Shown: piece after piece, positions 9,820-19,417 of the stretch | Layout of the letters: every line of letters begins with the position of its first letter | How positions within the stretch are numbered: position 1 is the stretch's first letter | Origin: Chamaesiphon sp. | Lineage (GTDB): Bacteria > Cyanobacteriota > Cyanobacteriia > Cyanobacteriales > Chamaesiphonaceae | NCBI GenBank assembly: GCA_965246715.1 | Contig: CBDFFH010000047.1 | Location: forward strand, 128,001 to 192,000 | Length of the DNA stretch: 64,000 nt | Reading direction: 5' to 3' | Position numbers and translations under genes: made by a program | The notes under the pieces: model-generated | What the model saw: only the letters and a program-made list of their open reading frames with translations | What the model was told of the DNA's origin: nothing | Databases searched by the model: none

Positions 9820-11234
9820 GGCTCTACCGAACTTGCTATGCTAAGTAGTGGATAAGAATCAAGTTTAATTGACAAAATTGATAATTTTGAGTTATGGAAG
9901 CTTGGTGCAGCATAAATGACAGATTTTATTATAGAATAGTAAGATCTTGATTTCTGGCAACAAATAAGCTTGAATTGCATTATGTCATCCAAATCGCAAC
10001 TAAAAACCATTAATGAAATTCTTAATATCGACGGAATGACCGTCACTGCTTATAAGATCTTAGATGAAATCGGTTATTTTATTTATCTAGAAAATCAGCA
10101 ATTAAAAGCAGTGTGTCCTCATTGTGGAACTGAAAGTAATAAACTTCATGAGAATCACCAATTAACAGTGAGAGATCTACCATTCGGTGAACATGATGTT
10201 TACCTTAAAATTAATCGTCGTCAATTCAAGTGTATGAGTTGTGGTCGAAAATTCAGTGAGGAATTAAATTTCATCAAAAAGAGAAGTCATTTCACCGAGC
10301 GAATGAAGCAGAAGATTGTCGAAGAGAGTCTAGCTAGTGATATTAAAAGTGTTGCCAAAAGAAATGGATTAAGTGAGCAAGAAGTGGAGACAATAATCAA
10401 AAAAGCTGGGGTAAATCTAGTGCAAAAAAAGCCAGAGAATTTAACCAGACTAGGAATTGATGAAATTGCCTTTGTTAAAGGGCAAAAAAACTATTGTGCG
10501 GTGTTAGTAGATCTAGAAAAAAGAGAGTTAATAGCCATCTTACCAAAAAGGACTCAAGAATGTATTGGTGAGTGCTTGAAGTCTTGGGGTTCGGAGGTTT
10601 TGAACCAAATTACAGAAGTAAGTATCGATCTATTTTCATCATACAAAAGTCTGGTAAATGAATTGATACCAAATGCTGAAGTGGTTGGAGACAGATTTCA
10701 TGTAATGAAACAGATAAATGAAGAGTTAGATCGAGAGAGAATTAAAATCAAAAGAGAGGCTGAGAGGGTGAAGAACAAAGATGAAAAGAACAAGAAATTA
10801 GCAGCATTAACTCACAGTAAATATGCAATACTCAAAAACGAAGCGGATTTGAATGAATTGCAAAAAGAGAAGTTGAAAGAGATTGGAGACGTTTTTCCAG
10901 AATTAGCAGCAATGCACAAAACAAAAGAGTTATTTAGAGATATATTTGAATCAAAAACAGATTGGGGAAATGGGCTAATAAGCTTGTGTGACTGGCTCAA
11001 GAATGCTTGTGGGAAATTCCCCAAGAGTTGTGGAACTATTAAAAGATGGATTGGTGAAATAATTGCCTATTTTGATAATAGAACAACTCAAGGAGTCGTC
11101 GAAGGAATTAACAATAAACTCAAGCTAATAAAAAGAATGGGATATGGGTTTAGAAATTTTGAGAATTTTCAGATCAGAAGTTTGCTAGCATGGCATTTCA
11201 ATCCTTGATTTAGCATAGTAAGTTCGGTAGAACC
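9820..11234 (+). mobile_element. ISL3-family insertion sequence (1415 bp)
   Basis: TIRs ggctctaccgaacttgctatgctaa / ttagcatagtaagttcggtagaacc; 8-bp TSD TAAAAATT at 9812-9819 and 11235-11242. Confidence 0.95.
9982..11208 (+). CDS. ISL3-family transposase
   Basis: CPHCG/CMSC zinc finger, LGIDE, DRFHV, EGINNKLKLIKRMGYGFRN; ORF begins 9970, likely ATG 9982. Confidence 0.95.
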   Translation: MSSKSQLKTINEILNIDGMTVTAYKILDEIGYFIYLENQQLKAVCPHCGTESNKLHENHQLTVRDLPFGEHDVYLKINRRQFKCMSCGRKFSEELNFIKKRSHFTERMKQKIVEESLASDIKSVAKRNGLSEQEVETIIKKAGVNLVQKKPENLTRLGIDEIAFVKGQKNYCAVLVDLEKRELIAILPKRTQECIGECLKSWGSEVLNQITEVSIDLFSSYKSLVNELIPNAEVVGDRFHVMKQINEELDRERIKIKREAERVKNKDEKNKKLAALTHSKYAILKNEADLNELQKEKLKEIGDVFPELAAMHKTKELFRDIFESKTDWGNGLISLCDWLKNACGKFPKSCGTIKRWIGEIIAYFDNRTTQGVVEGINNKLKLIKRMGYGFRNFENFQIRSLLAWHFNP

Positions 11235-11304
11235 TAAAAATTTTCATTCAAACCCGCCCTTACCCACCAATAATCGATCGCATGTTATCGCCAACTAATC
11301 ACAA

Positions 11305-11805
11305 TCACAAACCTTCGCTAATGTGATGATAATAAGTAAAAAACATACCTAGAATGATAAATGATGTAATGACAATTGTGGGTGTGAATGATAAATTTAA
11401 GCCACCTAATGAAAATGGGTAATAATATTCTCCGTCCTCACCATTAGAATGAACAAGACCCAAGGTATAGAACGCTATGAATGAAAATACACACCAAAAG
11501 AAGCAGATGGAAATAGAAAACATGTCTAATATATTAAATCGATGATTTAATATATAAATTACTTCACTACCAATCCAACTAATTAAAGTCAAGCAAGAAG
11601 CTGGGATTCCTATCAAAGCTATCATAAACAAGCAAAAAACAAGATCTACATTTGTAATCATGTTCTTAATTGCATCAAAAGATAATGAGTGCATACCTAT
11701 TAATCCTTGAGTTGAATTCAGTAGTAAATAATTAGCACCCATTGCTGAAAACAGCAATATCAAGAGCAAGCTAGTATGTGTTAATAAGCTATGAATAATT
11801 TCCAT
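11305..11805 (-). CDS. Hypothetical membrane protein (about 4 TM), AT-rich
   Basis: 166-aa hydrophobic ORF; no recognised motif. Confidence 0.55.
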   Translation of the reverse strand: MEIIHSLLTHTSLLLILLFSAMGANYLLLNSTQGLIGMHSLSFDAIKNMITNVDLVFCLFMIALIGIPASCLTLISWIGSEVIYILNHRFNILDMFSISICFFWCVFSFIAFYTLGLVHSNGEDGEYYYPFSLGGLNLSFTPTIVITSFIILGMFFTYYHHISEGL

Positions 11806-11883
11806 CTATTTTACTTCGCTTTCATCCAATTCGCCCCACTGCAAATCTCCGCCCTCATCACCAGCAATAAGTCGATCGTGTTC

Positions 11884-12666
11884 CTAACTCGAAGCACTAG
11901 TATAAAACCGCAACGCAAACCACCAAAAACGATTCGACAATATCAGCAGCACCACCGCCAAACATCCACCACCAGCAATCCACACTGGATTTCCGCGTCC
12001 TAGCAGTGTCTGAGCGGGTACCGTGGTTAAAAATGCCACCGGAATCACAAAAGTAAAAAAGAAGCGGTAGGCAGCAGGATAAGCCGCCATTGGAAAGCGT
12101 CCGGCAGCCAGCAAACCCTTCAGCACCTCAGTAATGTTGTAAATCTTGGTAAACCAAATACTCGTCGCTCCGAGGATAAACCACAAACTATAGAGAATTA
12201 CCATCCCAAAAATCAGTGGAATCGCACCGAGCAAATAAGCACTTACACCCACACCGAGCAGATTGCCAGCATAGAAAATAATTCCCAATCCAAATAACAG
12301 ATCCGGCAATCCCCATAAAGAGAAGCTATGGAACGAGAGCCAAAACTGCGAACTAATCGGCTTGAGCAACACGAAATCTAGCGTGCCATCCTGAACGTGC
12401 TTGACAATTCGATTGAGATTGGTGGCTAAAAATGCGTTAGCAAATCCCTCTAAGAAGGTGAAGATCCCAACGACAATCAATGCCTCTTCCCATCGCCAGC
12501 CCTGGAAATTATAGTCCTTCCGATAGAACAGGAATAAACTAAAAATACTACCCGCCAATCCACCCAGACTACTCAACGCGGCAAAAATGAAATTGAGGCG
12601 ATATTCTAATTCTGCGGCGATCGCAGTTTTCCAAAAAATCTGAATTAAGTTTAAATATCTTTGCAT
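11884..12666 (-). CDS. ABC-2 family permease (DUF990-type)
   Basis: AELEYRLNF, GTLDFVLLKP motifs; multiple TMs; likely start 12666. Confidence 0.88.
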   Translation of the reverse strand: MQRYLNLIQIFWKTAIAAELEYRLNFIFAALSSLGGLAGSIFSLFLFYRKDYNFQGWRWEEALIVVGIFTFLEGFANAFLATNLNRIVKHVQDGTLDFVLLKPISSQFWLSFHSFSLWGLPDLLFGLGIIFYAGNLLGVGVSAYLLGAIPLIFGMVILYSLWFILGATSIWFTKIYNITEVLKGLLAAGRFPMAAYPAAYRFFFTFVIPVAFLTTVPAQTLLGRGNPVWIAGGGCLAVVLLILSNRFWWFALRFYTSASS

Positions 12667-12671
12667 CGATT

Positions 12672-13460
12672 TCAAGCACCCATCCCAGAGTATTGACGTA
12701 AACCCTTTTTCCAGAGCCACCGATTTAGCATCCAGAAGAGCGCAAACCATAGTATCATTACCCCCAAACTCCGCCCAAAATCAACTTTCAATCCCGTCAA
12801 AATACTCGCAGGGAAATTAAGAATATAAGGGAATGGTGTCCATAAGGCGAGCGATCTCACGGCTGGCGGAAATAGTTCTAACGGCGCTATTGCCCCCGAT
12901 AGAAATAGATAAACTAAAAACCAGACTTCCTGAATCGCACTAGCTTTCTCCGTCCAGAAGGCAAACATTGCTAGCGTATATTGCATCAAAAATTGCAAGG
13001 CAAATGCACAGCTAATCGCGATCGCAAATAAACCCAAACTACCTAAATTAGGTATCCAAAATGCACTTGGATACAGGAAGAAAAATAACGCGATTAAAGC
13101 GAAAATAAATGGCAATCGGGCAAAACGTTCGCCGATATGCGACCAAATATGATGCCATACTGGATCTAAAGGTTGCAGCAGTCGAAACGACAATTTGCCA
13201 TCGACGATCTCACGCTCGAAATCCCAAATTACCCAGACTACCGTGAGTTGCCTGACTAGATAAACTGCGAGGAAATAACGCGCAAATTCTACCGAAGATA
13301 ATCCAAAGTTACCTTGTTGTGCGGCTTGAGTCCAGACACCCATGAGGATAAATGGTAACGAGCCAGATAGCGCCCAGAGCAGAAGTTCCGATCGATACTC
13401 CAGCATGTAGGCGTAGTTCGTTAGCAACAGCGATTTAGAAACTCGAAATAATCGGTTCAT
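12672..13460 (-). CDS. ABC-2 family permease (DUF990-type)
   Basis: MLEYRSE, GKLSFRLLQP, LSGAIAPL; operon context. Confidence 0.88.
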   Translation of the reverse strand: MNRLFRVSKSLLLTNYAYMLEYRSELLLWALSGSLPFILMGVWTQAAQQGNFGLSSVEFARYFLAVYLVRQLTVVWVIWDFEREIVDGKLSFRLLQPLDPVWHHIWSHIGERFARLPFIFALIALFFFLYPSAFWIPNLGSLGLFAIAISCAFALQFLMQYTLAMFAFWTEKASAIQEVWFLVYLFLSGAIAPLELFPPAVRSLALWTPFPYILNFPASILTGLKVDFGRSLGVMILWFALFWMLNRWLWKKGLRQYSGMGA

Positions 13461-14452
13461 GCGAGCGCCGCCTCCGCACTTCCGGATTGAAAGATCTGCC
13501 CGATGACATCTTCGATCGGCGGATCGGTAATACTGAGATCGACTACCTCCAATTCTGCCAGGATCTGCGAAACTGTCTTGGTAAGGATTTCCTGCGGTAC
13601 TAAAAATCTGACTGACGCACCCTCGATTTCTTTTACATCTGCGTACGCTGCCAATTTTCCAGGGGGATAAACATGGGCAAATTCTACTTGGACTTCCCGA
13701 CAGGGGGAAAATTTACTGACTAAACCGTCGAGGCTACCGTCGTAGATTAATTGTCCTTGATGGATGACCAACACGCGATCGCACAGTGCGGTAATGTCCG
13801 CCATGTAATGACTAGTCAGCAAGATCGTCGCATTATATTTGCGGTTGTATTCCTGCAAAAATTGCCGCACGGCTACTTGGGCATTTACATCCAATCCAAG
13901 TGTCGGTTCGTCGAGAAATAATACTTGCGGCTCGTGGATCAAGGCGGCTAGCAATTCGGCTTTCATCCGTTCGCCGAGCGAGAGCTTCCGCATCGGTTGG
14001 GTGAGTTTGCCTTGGAGGGAGAGCATTTCACTCAGTTCGTTAATGCGAAAATCGGCAGTACGATCGCTCAATCCATAGACTGCGGCGTTGATTTTCAACG
14101 AATCTAAGGCTGGCAAGTCCCAAATCAATTGCTGCTTTTGTCCCATCACGAGTGTGATTTTCTTGAGAAAAGCTGCTTCGCGCTTGAAGGGGACGTGTCC
14201 CGAAACTGTCACCAGTCCGGTGGAGGGATAAATCAATCCCGCCAGCATTTTCAGCGTAGTAGTTTTACCCGCACCATTCCCACCCAAAAAGCCGACGATT
14301 TCACCTGCCTCGATCGAGAATGATACATCTCGAACTGCTTTAATTTCGCGATAGGTACGTTGGAAGAAATGATCGATCGTACCCTTGAAGCCTGGTTGTT
14401 TGATGGCAACGGGATAAACTTTGCTCAGACGATCGACAACGATGCTAGCCAT
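13457..14452 (-). CDS. ABC transporter ATP-binding protein
   Basis: GGNGAGKTT, LSLGERMK, LFLDEPT; likely start 14452. Confidence 0.92.
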   Translation of the reverse strand: MASIVVDRLSKVYPVAIKQPGFKGTIDHFFQRTYREIKAVRDVSFSIEAGEIVGFLGGNGAGKTTTLKMLAGLIYPSTGLVTVSGHVPFKREAAFLKKITLVMGQKQQLIWDLPALDSLKINAAVYGLSDRTADFRINELSEMLSLQGKLTQPMRKLSLGERMKAELLAALIHEPQVLFLDEPTLGLDVNAQVAVRQFLQEYNRKYNATILLTSHYMADITALCDRVLVIHQGQLIYDGSLDGLVSKFSPCREVQVEFAHVYPPGKLAAYADVKEIEGASVRFLVPQEILTKTVSQILAELEVVDLSITDPPIEDVIGQIFQSGSAEAALA

Positions 14453-14589
14453 GATTAATTCATCCAAGCTGGAACTAGTCCAGGCGATCGGGTTACCACT
14501 ACTGTAAACCTTAAAACTGTCTCTTTTCAACACACCGGAATTTTGGTGGCTGAGGTTAAAATCGAGTAGTGCCAATGAAATTATCATCC

Positions 14590-14646
14590 TTGACAGGACT
14601 AGCCGATCGACGTTAGCATTCTAGGTAGTTCGTCAATATCGAACTA
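14590..14646 (+). promoter_or_regulatory. Sigma70-type promoter plus inverted-repeat operator upstream of the alkene reductase gene
   Basis: TTGACA (14590-14595), TAGCAT (14614-14619), then tagttcg-N7-cgaacta (14626-14646). Confidence 0.6.
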
Positions 14647-14675
14647 TCGAAATACCAGCGAGCTTGGAACTAACT

Positions 14676-15764
14676 ATGACTCTCGATCGACTTTTCGCTC
14701 CACTCAAAGTTGGCAGTCTCGAACTTCCCAATCGCATTGTGATGGCTCCGCTGACGCGGGGACGTGCTGGCTCGGAACGCACGCCCAATGACCTGATGGT
14801 CGAATATTATGCACAGCGCGCCGATGCTGGACTGATTATTACTGAAGCTACAGATATTTCGCCACAGGGTGCTGGCTGGGTGGATGCACCAGGGATCCAC
14901 ACCGATGCCCAGGTTAAAGGTTGGCAAAAAGTGACAGCAGCCGTACATCGTAACGGCGGTCGGATCTTCCTGCAACTATGGCATATGGGACGCGCTTCAC
15001 ATCCCGATTTTCAGCCTGGAGGCGCGCTGCCTGTATCATCTTCGGCGATCGCGATCGAAGGTTTTGCCCATACACCCCTGGGTAAAAAGCCTTATGTGAC
15101 TCCACGCGCGCTCGAAACCGATGAAATCCCCGGAGTTATCCAACAGTACGTCGATGCGACGAAGCGCGCGCGCGATGCGGGTTTCGATGGCGTGGAAATC
15201 CACGCCGCCAATGGCTACCTAATCGACCAATTTATCCGCGATCGTGTCAATCATCGCACTGATGCCTATGGTGGGAGCATCCCAAATCGCCTGCGGTTGT
15301 TGGATGAAGTTACGGCTGCGGTGGTAAATGCCTGGAGTGGGGATAAAGTCGGAGTTAGACTTTCACCGATGGGGCCATTTAATGATATGAGCGATAGCGA
15401 TCCGCTCGCCACGTTTAGTTATGCAGCAGAATTATTAAATGCGTTCGATTTGGCTTATTTACACGTCCTTGAAGCTCTACCAGGGCATATGTTAGCGGCT
15501 GAAGGCGTGCGCTGCTCGTCGGATATGCGATCGATCTTTAATGGTGTATTTATGGTCAATGGTGGCTACACAGCCGAACTCGGTGCAGCCGCGATCGCGG
15601 ATGGGGAGGCAGATTTGGTCGCTTTTGGAGTGCCATTTATTGCCAATCCGGATTTAGTCAAACGGTTCAAAACTGGTGCAGAGTTGAATCCGCCAGATCC
15701 TAGTACGTTTTATACTTCGGGTGCAAAAGGCTACACCGACTATCTTGCGATCGCAACTGTATAA
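14676..15764 (+). CDS. Alkene reductase, Old Yellow Enzyme/NemA family
   Basis: NRIVMAPLTR, QLWHMGR, EIHAANGYL, TFY...GYTDY. Confidence 0.93.
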   Translation: MTLDRLFAPLKVGSLELPNRIVMAPLTRGRAGSERTPNDLMVEYYAQRADAGLIITEATDISPQGAGWVDAPGIHTDAQVKGWQKVTAAVHRNGGRIFLQLWHMGRASHPDFQPGGALPVSSSAIAIEGFAHTPLGKKPYVTPRALETDEIPGVIQQYVDATKRARDAGFDGVEIHAANGYLIDQFIRDRVNHRTDAYGGSIPNRLRLLDEVTAAVVNAWSGDKVGVRLSPMGPFNDMSDSDPLATFSYAAELLNAFDLAYLHVLEALPGHMLAAEGVRCSSDMRSIFNGVFMVNGGYTAELGAAAIADGEADLVAFGVPFIANPDLVKRFKTGAELNPPDPSTFYTSGAKGYTDYLAIATV

Positions 15765-15892
15765 ACATGAGGTCGATCGGCGGGGAACGCGAATAGGCTT
15801 CATTTTGAAATCACCTCAAACCCTCTAAAAAACTTGGTTTGGGGGGAATTTACCATTGCCTATGCCTAAACCGCATTCAACGACAATATCTT

Positions 15893-16118
15893 AGCGTCAA
15901 TCCGGGTTAAGGATATTGGCTCCGCTCGGGCATCGCCTTCGATTGTGTCTTGAAAAGGTGCTCTACTTGGGGAAACCCCAAGACCGCACTTTCCGCAAAT
16001 CGAGGCTAGTGGCATAAAGTCCGCCTTCGCGGACTATATATCTTAGTCCGCGAAGGCGGACTTTGCATCATGAGCCGAGACTTCAGTCTCTAGGCTCCTC
16101 TCAACCCGAACTGACGTT
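15893..16118. mobile_element. MITE family A copy carrying a nested 51-bp element
   Basis: Degenerate left TIR agcgtcaatccgggttaagg; right TIR tcaacccgaactgacgtt; core agtccgccttcgcggact...agtccgcgaaggcggact. Confidence 0.85.
15946..15996. repeat. 51-bp small dispersed repeat (SDR-like) inserted in a hairpin loop
   Basis: tgtcttgaaaaggtgctctacttggggaaaccccaagaccgcactttccgc splits cgattg|aaatcg; reverse-complement copy spans 37637-39232. Confidence 0.8.
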
Positions 16119-16779
16119 AATCGACGTATTCCACCACATCTCGAGTTTCAAAGCGGATTTTTGGTCGGGCGGCACTTTTATCGTCCGCAGCCCGATAGCC
16201 AGCCGCACAGACAACTACTGAAGCGTAATCCGTCAATCCCAGTGCTTCATCATACTTGGCAGGGATGAATCCCTCGATCGGGCAGGTATCCACTTCCAAC
16301 ATCGCTGCTGTGGTCATAAACTGTCCCAAGGCAATATAAACTTGGCGAGTAGACCACACATCGATCTCTACTTGAGATGGCATCTTGTCGATAGCACCGT
16401 TGACAACATTCTTAAAGCCCTGTAGTGACTCTACTGGTATCTGTTGCACTTCGGCCATCCGCGCCACATAGCGATCGACATATGCTGCATCCAGATTTTT
16501 CTTAACGGCAAAGACCACTAGTTGCGATGCTTCAGCGACTTGTTTTTGTCCCCAAGAATGCTCGACGAGTTGCTGACGCAGATCGGGATTGCGAATAATG
16601 AAGAATTTCCACGGTTGCAAGCCAAAGGAAGATGGTGCTAGCACCATGCTTTGTTCTAAGGCTTGCCAAGTCTCACCAGGAATCTGCTTAGTCGAATCGA
16701 ATTTCTTTGTAGCATACCGCCAGTTGAGTTGTTCTAGTACCGATTGCGGAGTCGCGAGCATATTAGTAGTTGTTGGCAT
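16117..16779 (-). CDS. NAD(P)H-dependent nitroreductase (NfsB-like)
   Basis: WRYATKKFD, APSSFGLQPW, DTCPIEGF. Confidence 0.92.
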   Translation of the reverse strand: MPTTTNMLATPQSVLEQLNWRYATKKFDSTKQIPGETWQALEQSMVLAPSSFGLQPWKFFIIRNPDLRQQLVEHSWGQKQVAEASQLVVFAVKKNLDAAYVDRYVARMAEVQQIPVESLQGFKNVVNGAIDKMPSQVEIDVWSTRQVYIALGQFMTTAAMLEVDTCPIEGFIPAKYDEALGLTDYASVVVCAAGYRAADDKSAARPKIRFETRDVVEYVD

Positions 16780-16885
16780 CAAATTAATCCTGTGTAGTTG
16801 TGGATACCCCTCGCCCAACCCTTTCCTTCCAATATTTAGTTGGCATTGCGGCTGAGATTGAGGCGAGGGAGAAAGATTGCTAAAT

Positions 16886-17221
16886 TTATGTTCTAGCTGG
16901 TAACTGCTTTTCGATCGCAGTTACTAAAGTTTGCTTGGGCACCGCACCCAACACTGTATCGACTCGTTCGCCATGATTAAATACCATTAGCGTTGGAATG
17001 CTGCGAATACCATATTTTCCAGCAGTAGTAGGGTTATCGTCTGTGTTTAATTTAACGACCTTTACCTCGCCAGCATACTCTGCGGCTAGGGCATCGACAA
17101 CCGGAGTTACCATCCGACAAGGGCCGCACCAAGGTGCCCAAAAGTCTACAAGTACTGGGACATCGCTACTGAGGACTTCGGCTGTAAAGTTGGCATCGTT
17201 GACATGAATGATGTCTACCAT
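16886..17221 (-). CDS. trxA: Thioredoxin (m-type, TrxA2-like)
   Basis: WCGPC active site; divergent from a RexT-like regulator. Confidence 0.93.
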   Translation of the reverse strand: MVDIIHVNDANFTAEVLSSDVPVLVDFWAPWCGPCRMVTPVVDALAAEYAGEVKVVKLNTDDNPTTAGKYGIRSIPTLMVFNHGERVDTVLGAVPKQTLVTAIEKQLPART

Positions 17222-17241
17222 GAGTTAAACCGCCTATTTAT

Positions 17242-17272
17242 TTCTAAAATTCGATTATCTCGAATAATAGAA
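17242..17272. promoter_or_regulatory. Inverted-repeat operator between trx and rexT
   Basis: ttcta-aa-attcga-ttatc-tcgaat-aa-tagaa palindrome. Confidence 0.65.
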
Positions 17273-17302
17273 TTATATCGAATTTTATGGGATAATGCAA
17301 GT

Positions 17303-17635
17303 ATGCGATTAATTCAACATCCCAACCCCGAACAAATCTCGCTCTCAGATGTACTGTATGCATTGGGCGACCCCGTGCGACTAGAGATAGTCCGCCGACT
17401 GGCGATCGATGGCGAACGGCCCTGTGCTTGTCTGTGTGCGGGGGTAGACGCGAAAATTGCCAAGTCTACCATGTCTCACCACTTTCGGATTCTCCGCGCT
17501 GCTGGGGTAATTTTCACCCGCAAGGATGGAACTCAATTGCTCAATTCATTGCGGCGGGACGATTTAGAGCGGCTATTTCCAGGGTTATTAGATATTGTGG
17601 TAAATGCCACAGCTGCTGACGCTCCCGCTGGCTAG
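17303..17635 (+). CDS. rexT: ArsR/SmtB-family redox-sensing repressor, RexT-like
   Basis: VLYALGDPVRLEIV, IAKSTMSHHFRILR, LRRDDLERLFPGLLD; divergent to thioredoxin as in Anabaena rexT-trxA2. Confidence 0.8.
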   Translation: MRLIQHPNPEQISLSDVLYALGDPVRLEIVRRLAIDGERPCACLCAGVDAKIAKSTMSHHFRILRAAGVIFTRKDGTQLLNSLRRDDLERLFPGLLDIVVNATAADAPAG

Positions 17636-17671
17636 CCAAGGAACGAGTTATTAGCGCGAGTCTTGGGTAAT

Positions 17672-19042
17672 TTATTTGCCAATACAAAAGCGACTGAAGA
17701 TCCGATCGAGTACCGACTCGGTGACCTCTTCTCCTGTCACTTCCCCCAATGCCCGAATCGCGTCGCGTAGGTCGATCGTCCAGAAGTCGAGTGGCAATCG
17801 ATCGCGTATGGTGGTTAGCACCTGTTGTAGGGCAGTTTGGGCGTGGATAAGTGCCGCCGCTTGACGTTGATTGATGGCGATATCGATATTCGCCGCATGA
17901 AGTTTTCCGTCAGAGATCGATGCTAGGATCGCTGCTTCTAATCGATCGATCCCTAAATCGATGGCTGCGGCAGTTTCGACTACCGTACCAATCCCTGCTG
18001 GTAAATCTAGCTGGGGGGAGACGGTGACTAAATCGACTTTATTAACTACTACGATCGTCGGAATCGAACTAATTTCGGCATAAATTTCCGCCTCAGCAGT
18101 CGTCCAACCGATTTGAGCGTCGATCGTCAGCAAGATTAAATCGGCAGATTGCGCCGCCGCACGGGAACGCGCGACCCCGATTTGTTCCACCACATCACTG
18201 GTATCGCGAATTCCCGCTGTATCCAAAACCTGGATCGGAACTCCACCAACGATCAACTGTGATTCGACGACATCCCGCGTCGTCCCTGGCAGATCCGTCA
18301 CGATCGCCCGATCGCTCCGACTCCATGCATTCAGCAAGCTCGACTTCCCAACATTTGGCTGTCCGAGAATTGCCACCTTGAGACCGCTGCGCAGTAGCTC
18401 CCCCCGATCGGCTGTCGCCACAATCTGCCCGATTTGCCCTGCCAATGCCGTGATTTTTACGGTGACATCCCCTAGATCCAATGGTGGTAAATCCTCCTCA
18501 AAATCGATTCTCGCCTCGATCTCGGCGAGTAAATCTAAAGCTTGCGATCGCAATTGCCCGATCGGTTGGCGCAATTTACCTTGCAATCCCGCGATCGCCG
18601 TTTGGGCGGCGGCTGGAGATAGCGCACCAACTAGATCGCTGATACTTTCGGCCTGAGTCAGATCGATCCGTCCATTCAAAAATGCCCGGAGTGTAAATTC
18701 TCCAGGTTCGGCAACTTTTGCGCCGCACTCAACACATAGCTGAAGGATCTGTTGGACGAGGATAATCCCCCCGTGGCTGTGAATCTCGACCACATCCTCC
18801 CGGGTATACGAACGCGGCGATCGCATGATCAGTAACAATGCTTCATCGATCGTCGCATCTGTATGGGGATGCCGCACGTACCCGTATAAAATTCGATGAC
18901 TTTCCCACTCTTGCTTGCCAGGAGTCCGAAAAATCTGCCGGGCGATCGCGACTGCATCCACCCCCGATAGCCGTACGATCCCTACGCTTCCTTGCTGAGG
19001 GACAACAGCCGTCGCGATCGCTACAATAGTTCCAGTTTGCAT
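17672..19042 (-). CDS. mnmE: tRNA modification GTPase MnmE
   Basis: [23 protein letters not shown]-terminal FCIGK. Confidence 0.97.
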   Translation of the reverse strand: MQTGTIVAIATAVVPQQGSVGIVRLSGVDAVAIARQIFRTPGKQEWESHRILYGYVRHPHTDATIDEALLLIMRSPRSYTREDVVEIHSHGGIILVQQILQLCVECGAKVAEPGEFTLRAFLNGRIDLTQAESISDLVGALSPAAAQTAIAGLQGKLRQPIGQLRSQALDLLAEIEARIDFEEDLPPLDLGDVTVKITALAGQIGQIVATADRGELLRSGLKVAILGQPNVGKSSLLNAWSRSDRAIVTDLPGTTRDVVESQLIVGGVPIQVLDTAGIRDTSDVVEQIGVARSRAAAQSADLILLTIDAQIGWTTAEAEIYAEISSIPTIVVVNKVDLVTVSPQLDLPAGIGTVVETAAAIDLGIDRLEAAILASISDGKLHAANIDIAINQRQAAALIHAQTALQQVLTTIRDRLPLDFWTIDLRDAIRALGEVTGEEVTESVLDRIFSRFCIGK

Positions 19043-19048
19043 TAGTTC

Positions 19049-19385
19049 GTGGATAGTGACTAGTGACTAGTGACCAGTGACCAATAAACAGTAAAAATTA
19101 TCGAGTGTTGAGAAAATATGATGGATCGCCATCATCAGCCAACTCACTCTTAATTAACCTAAGTTGCTACCTATAACCAAAGCGGTTAGAAACCGCTCCT
19201 CGGGTTGCAAAGTCCGCCTTCGCGGACTAATAAACCAGTCCGCGAAGGCGGACTTTGCATTATTAGCCACGATTTCAATCGTAGGCGCTCCTAAGTAGCA
19301 ACTTGGGTTAATTACTAGTGACCAGCCACTAGTCACTAGTAACTAATATACTATCCACTAAAAGACTATCCACTATCCACTAAAA
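19049..19385. repeat. Heptamer tandem arrays in inverted orientation flanking a MITE
   Basis: gtggatagtgactagtgactagtgacc on the left; ccactagtcactagt...ctatccactatccact on the right. Confidence 0.6.
19156..19309. mobile_element. MITE family B (AACCTAAGTTGCTAC TIRs) with the same hairpin core as family A
   Basis: TIRs aacctaagttgctac / gtagcaacttgggtt; AATT on both flanks; core aaagtccgccttcgcggact..agtccgcgaaggcggacttt. Confidence 0.85.
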
Positions 19386-19417
19386 TACTAAGCAAACAAT
19401 GCGTCTAGAGGTAACTG

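Noticed and set aside
9711..10046. 111-aa minus-strand ORF
   Set aside because: Spans the ISL3 left end; likely artefact
19154..19336. 60-aa ORF
   Set aside because: Translation of the MITE and heptamer repeats
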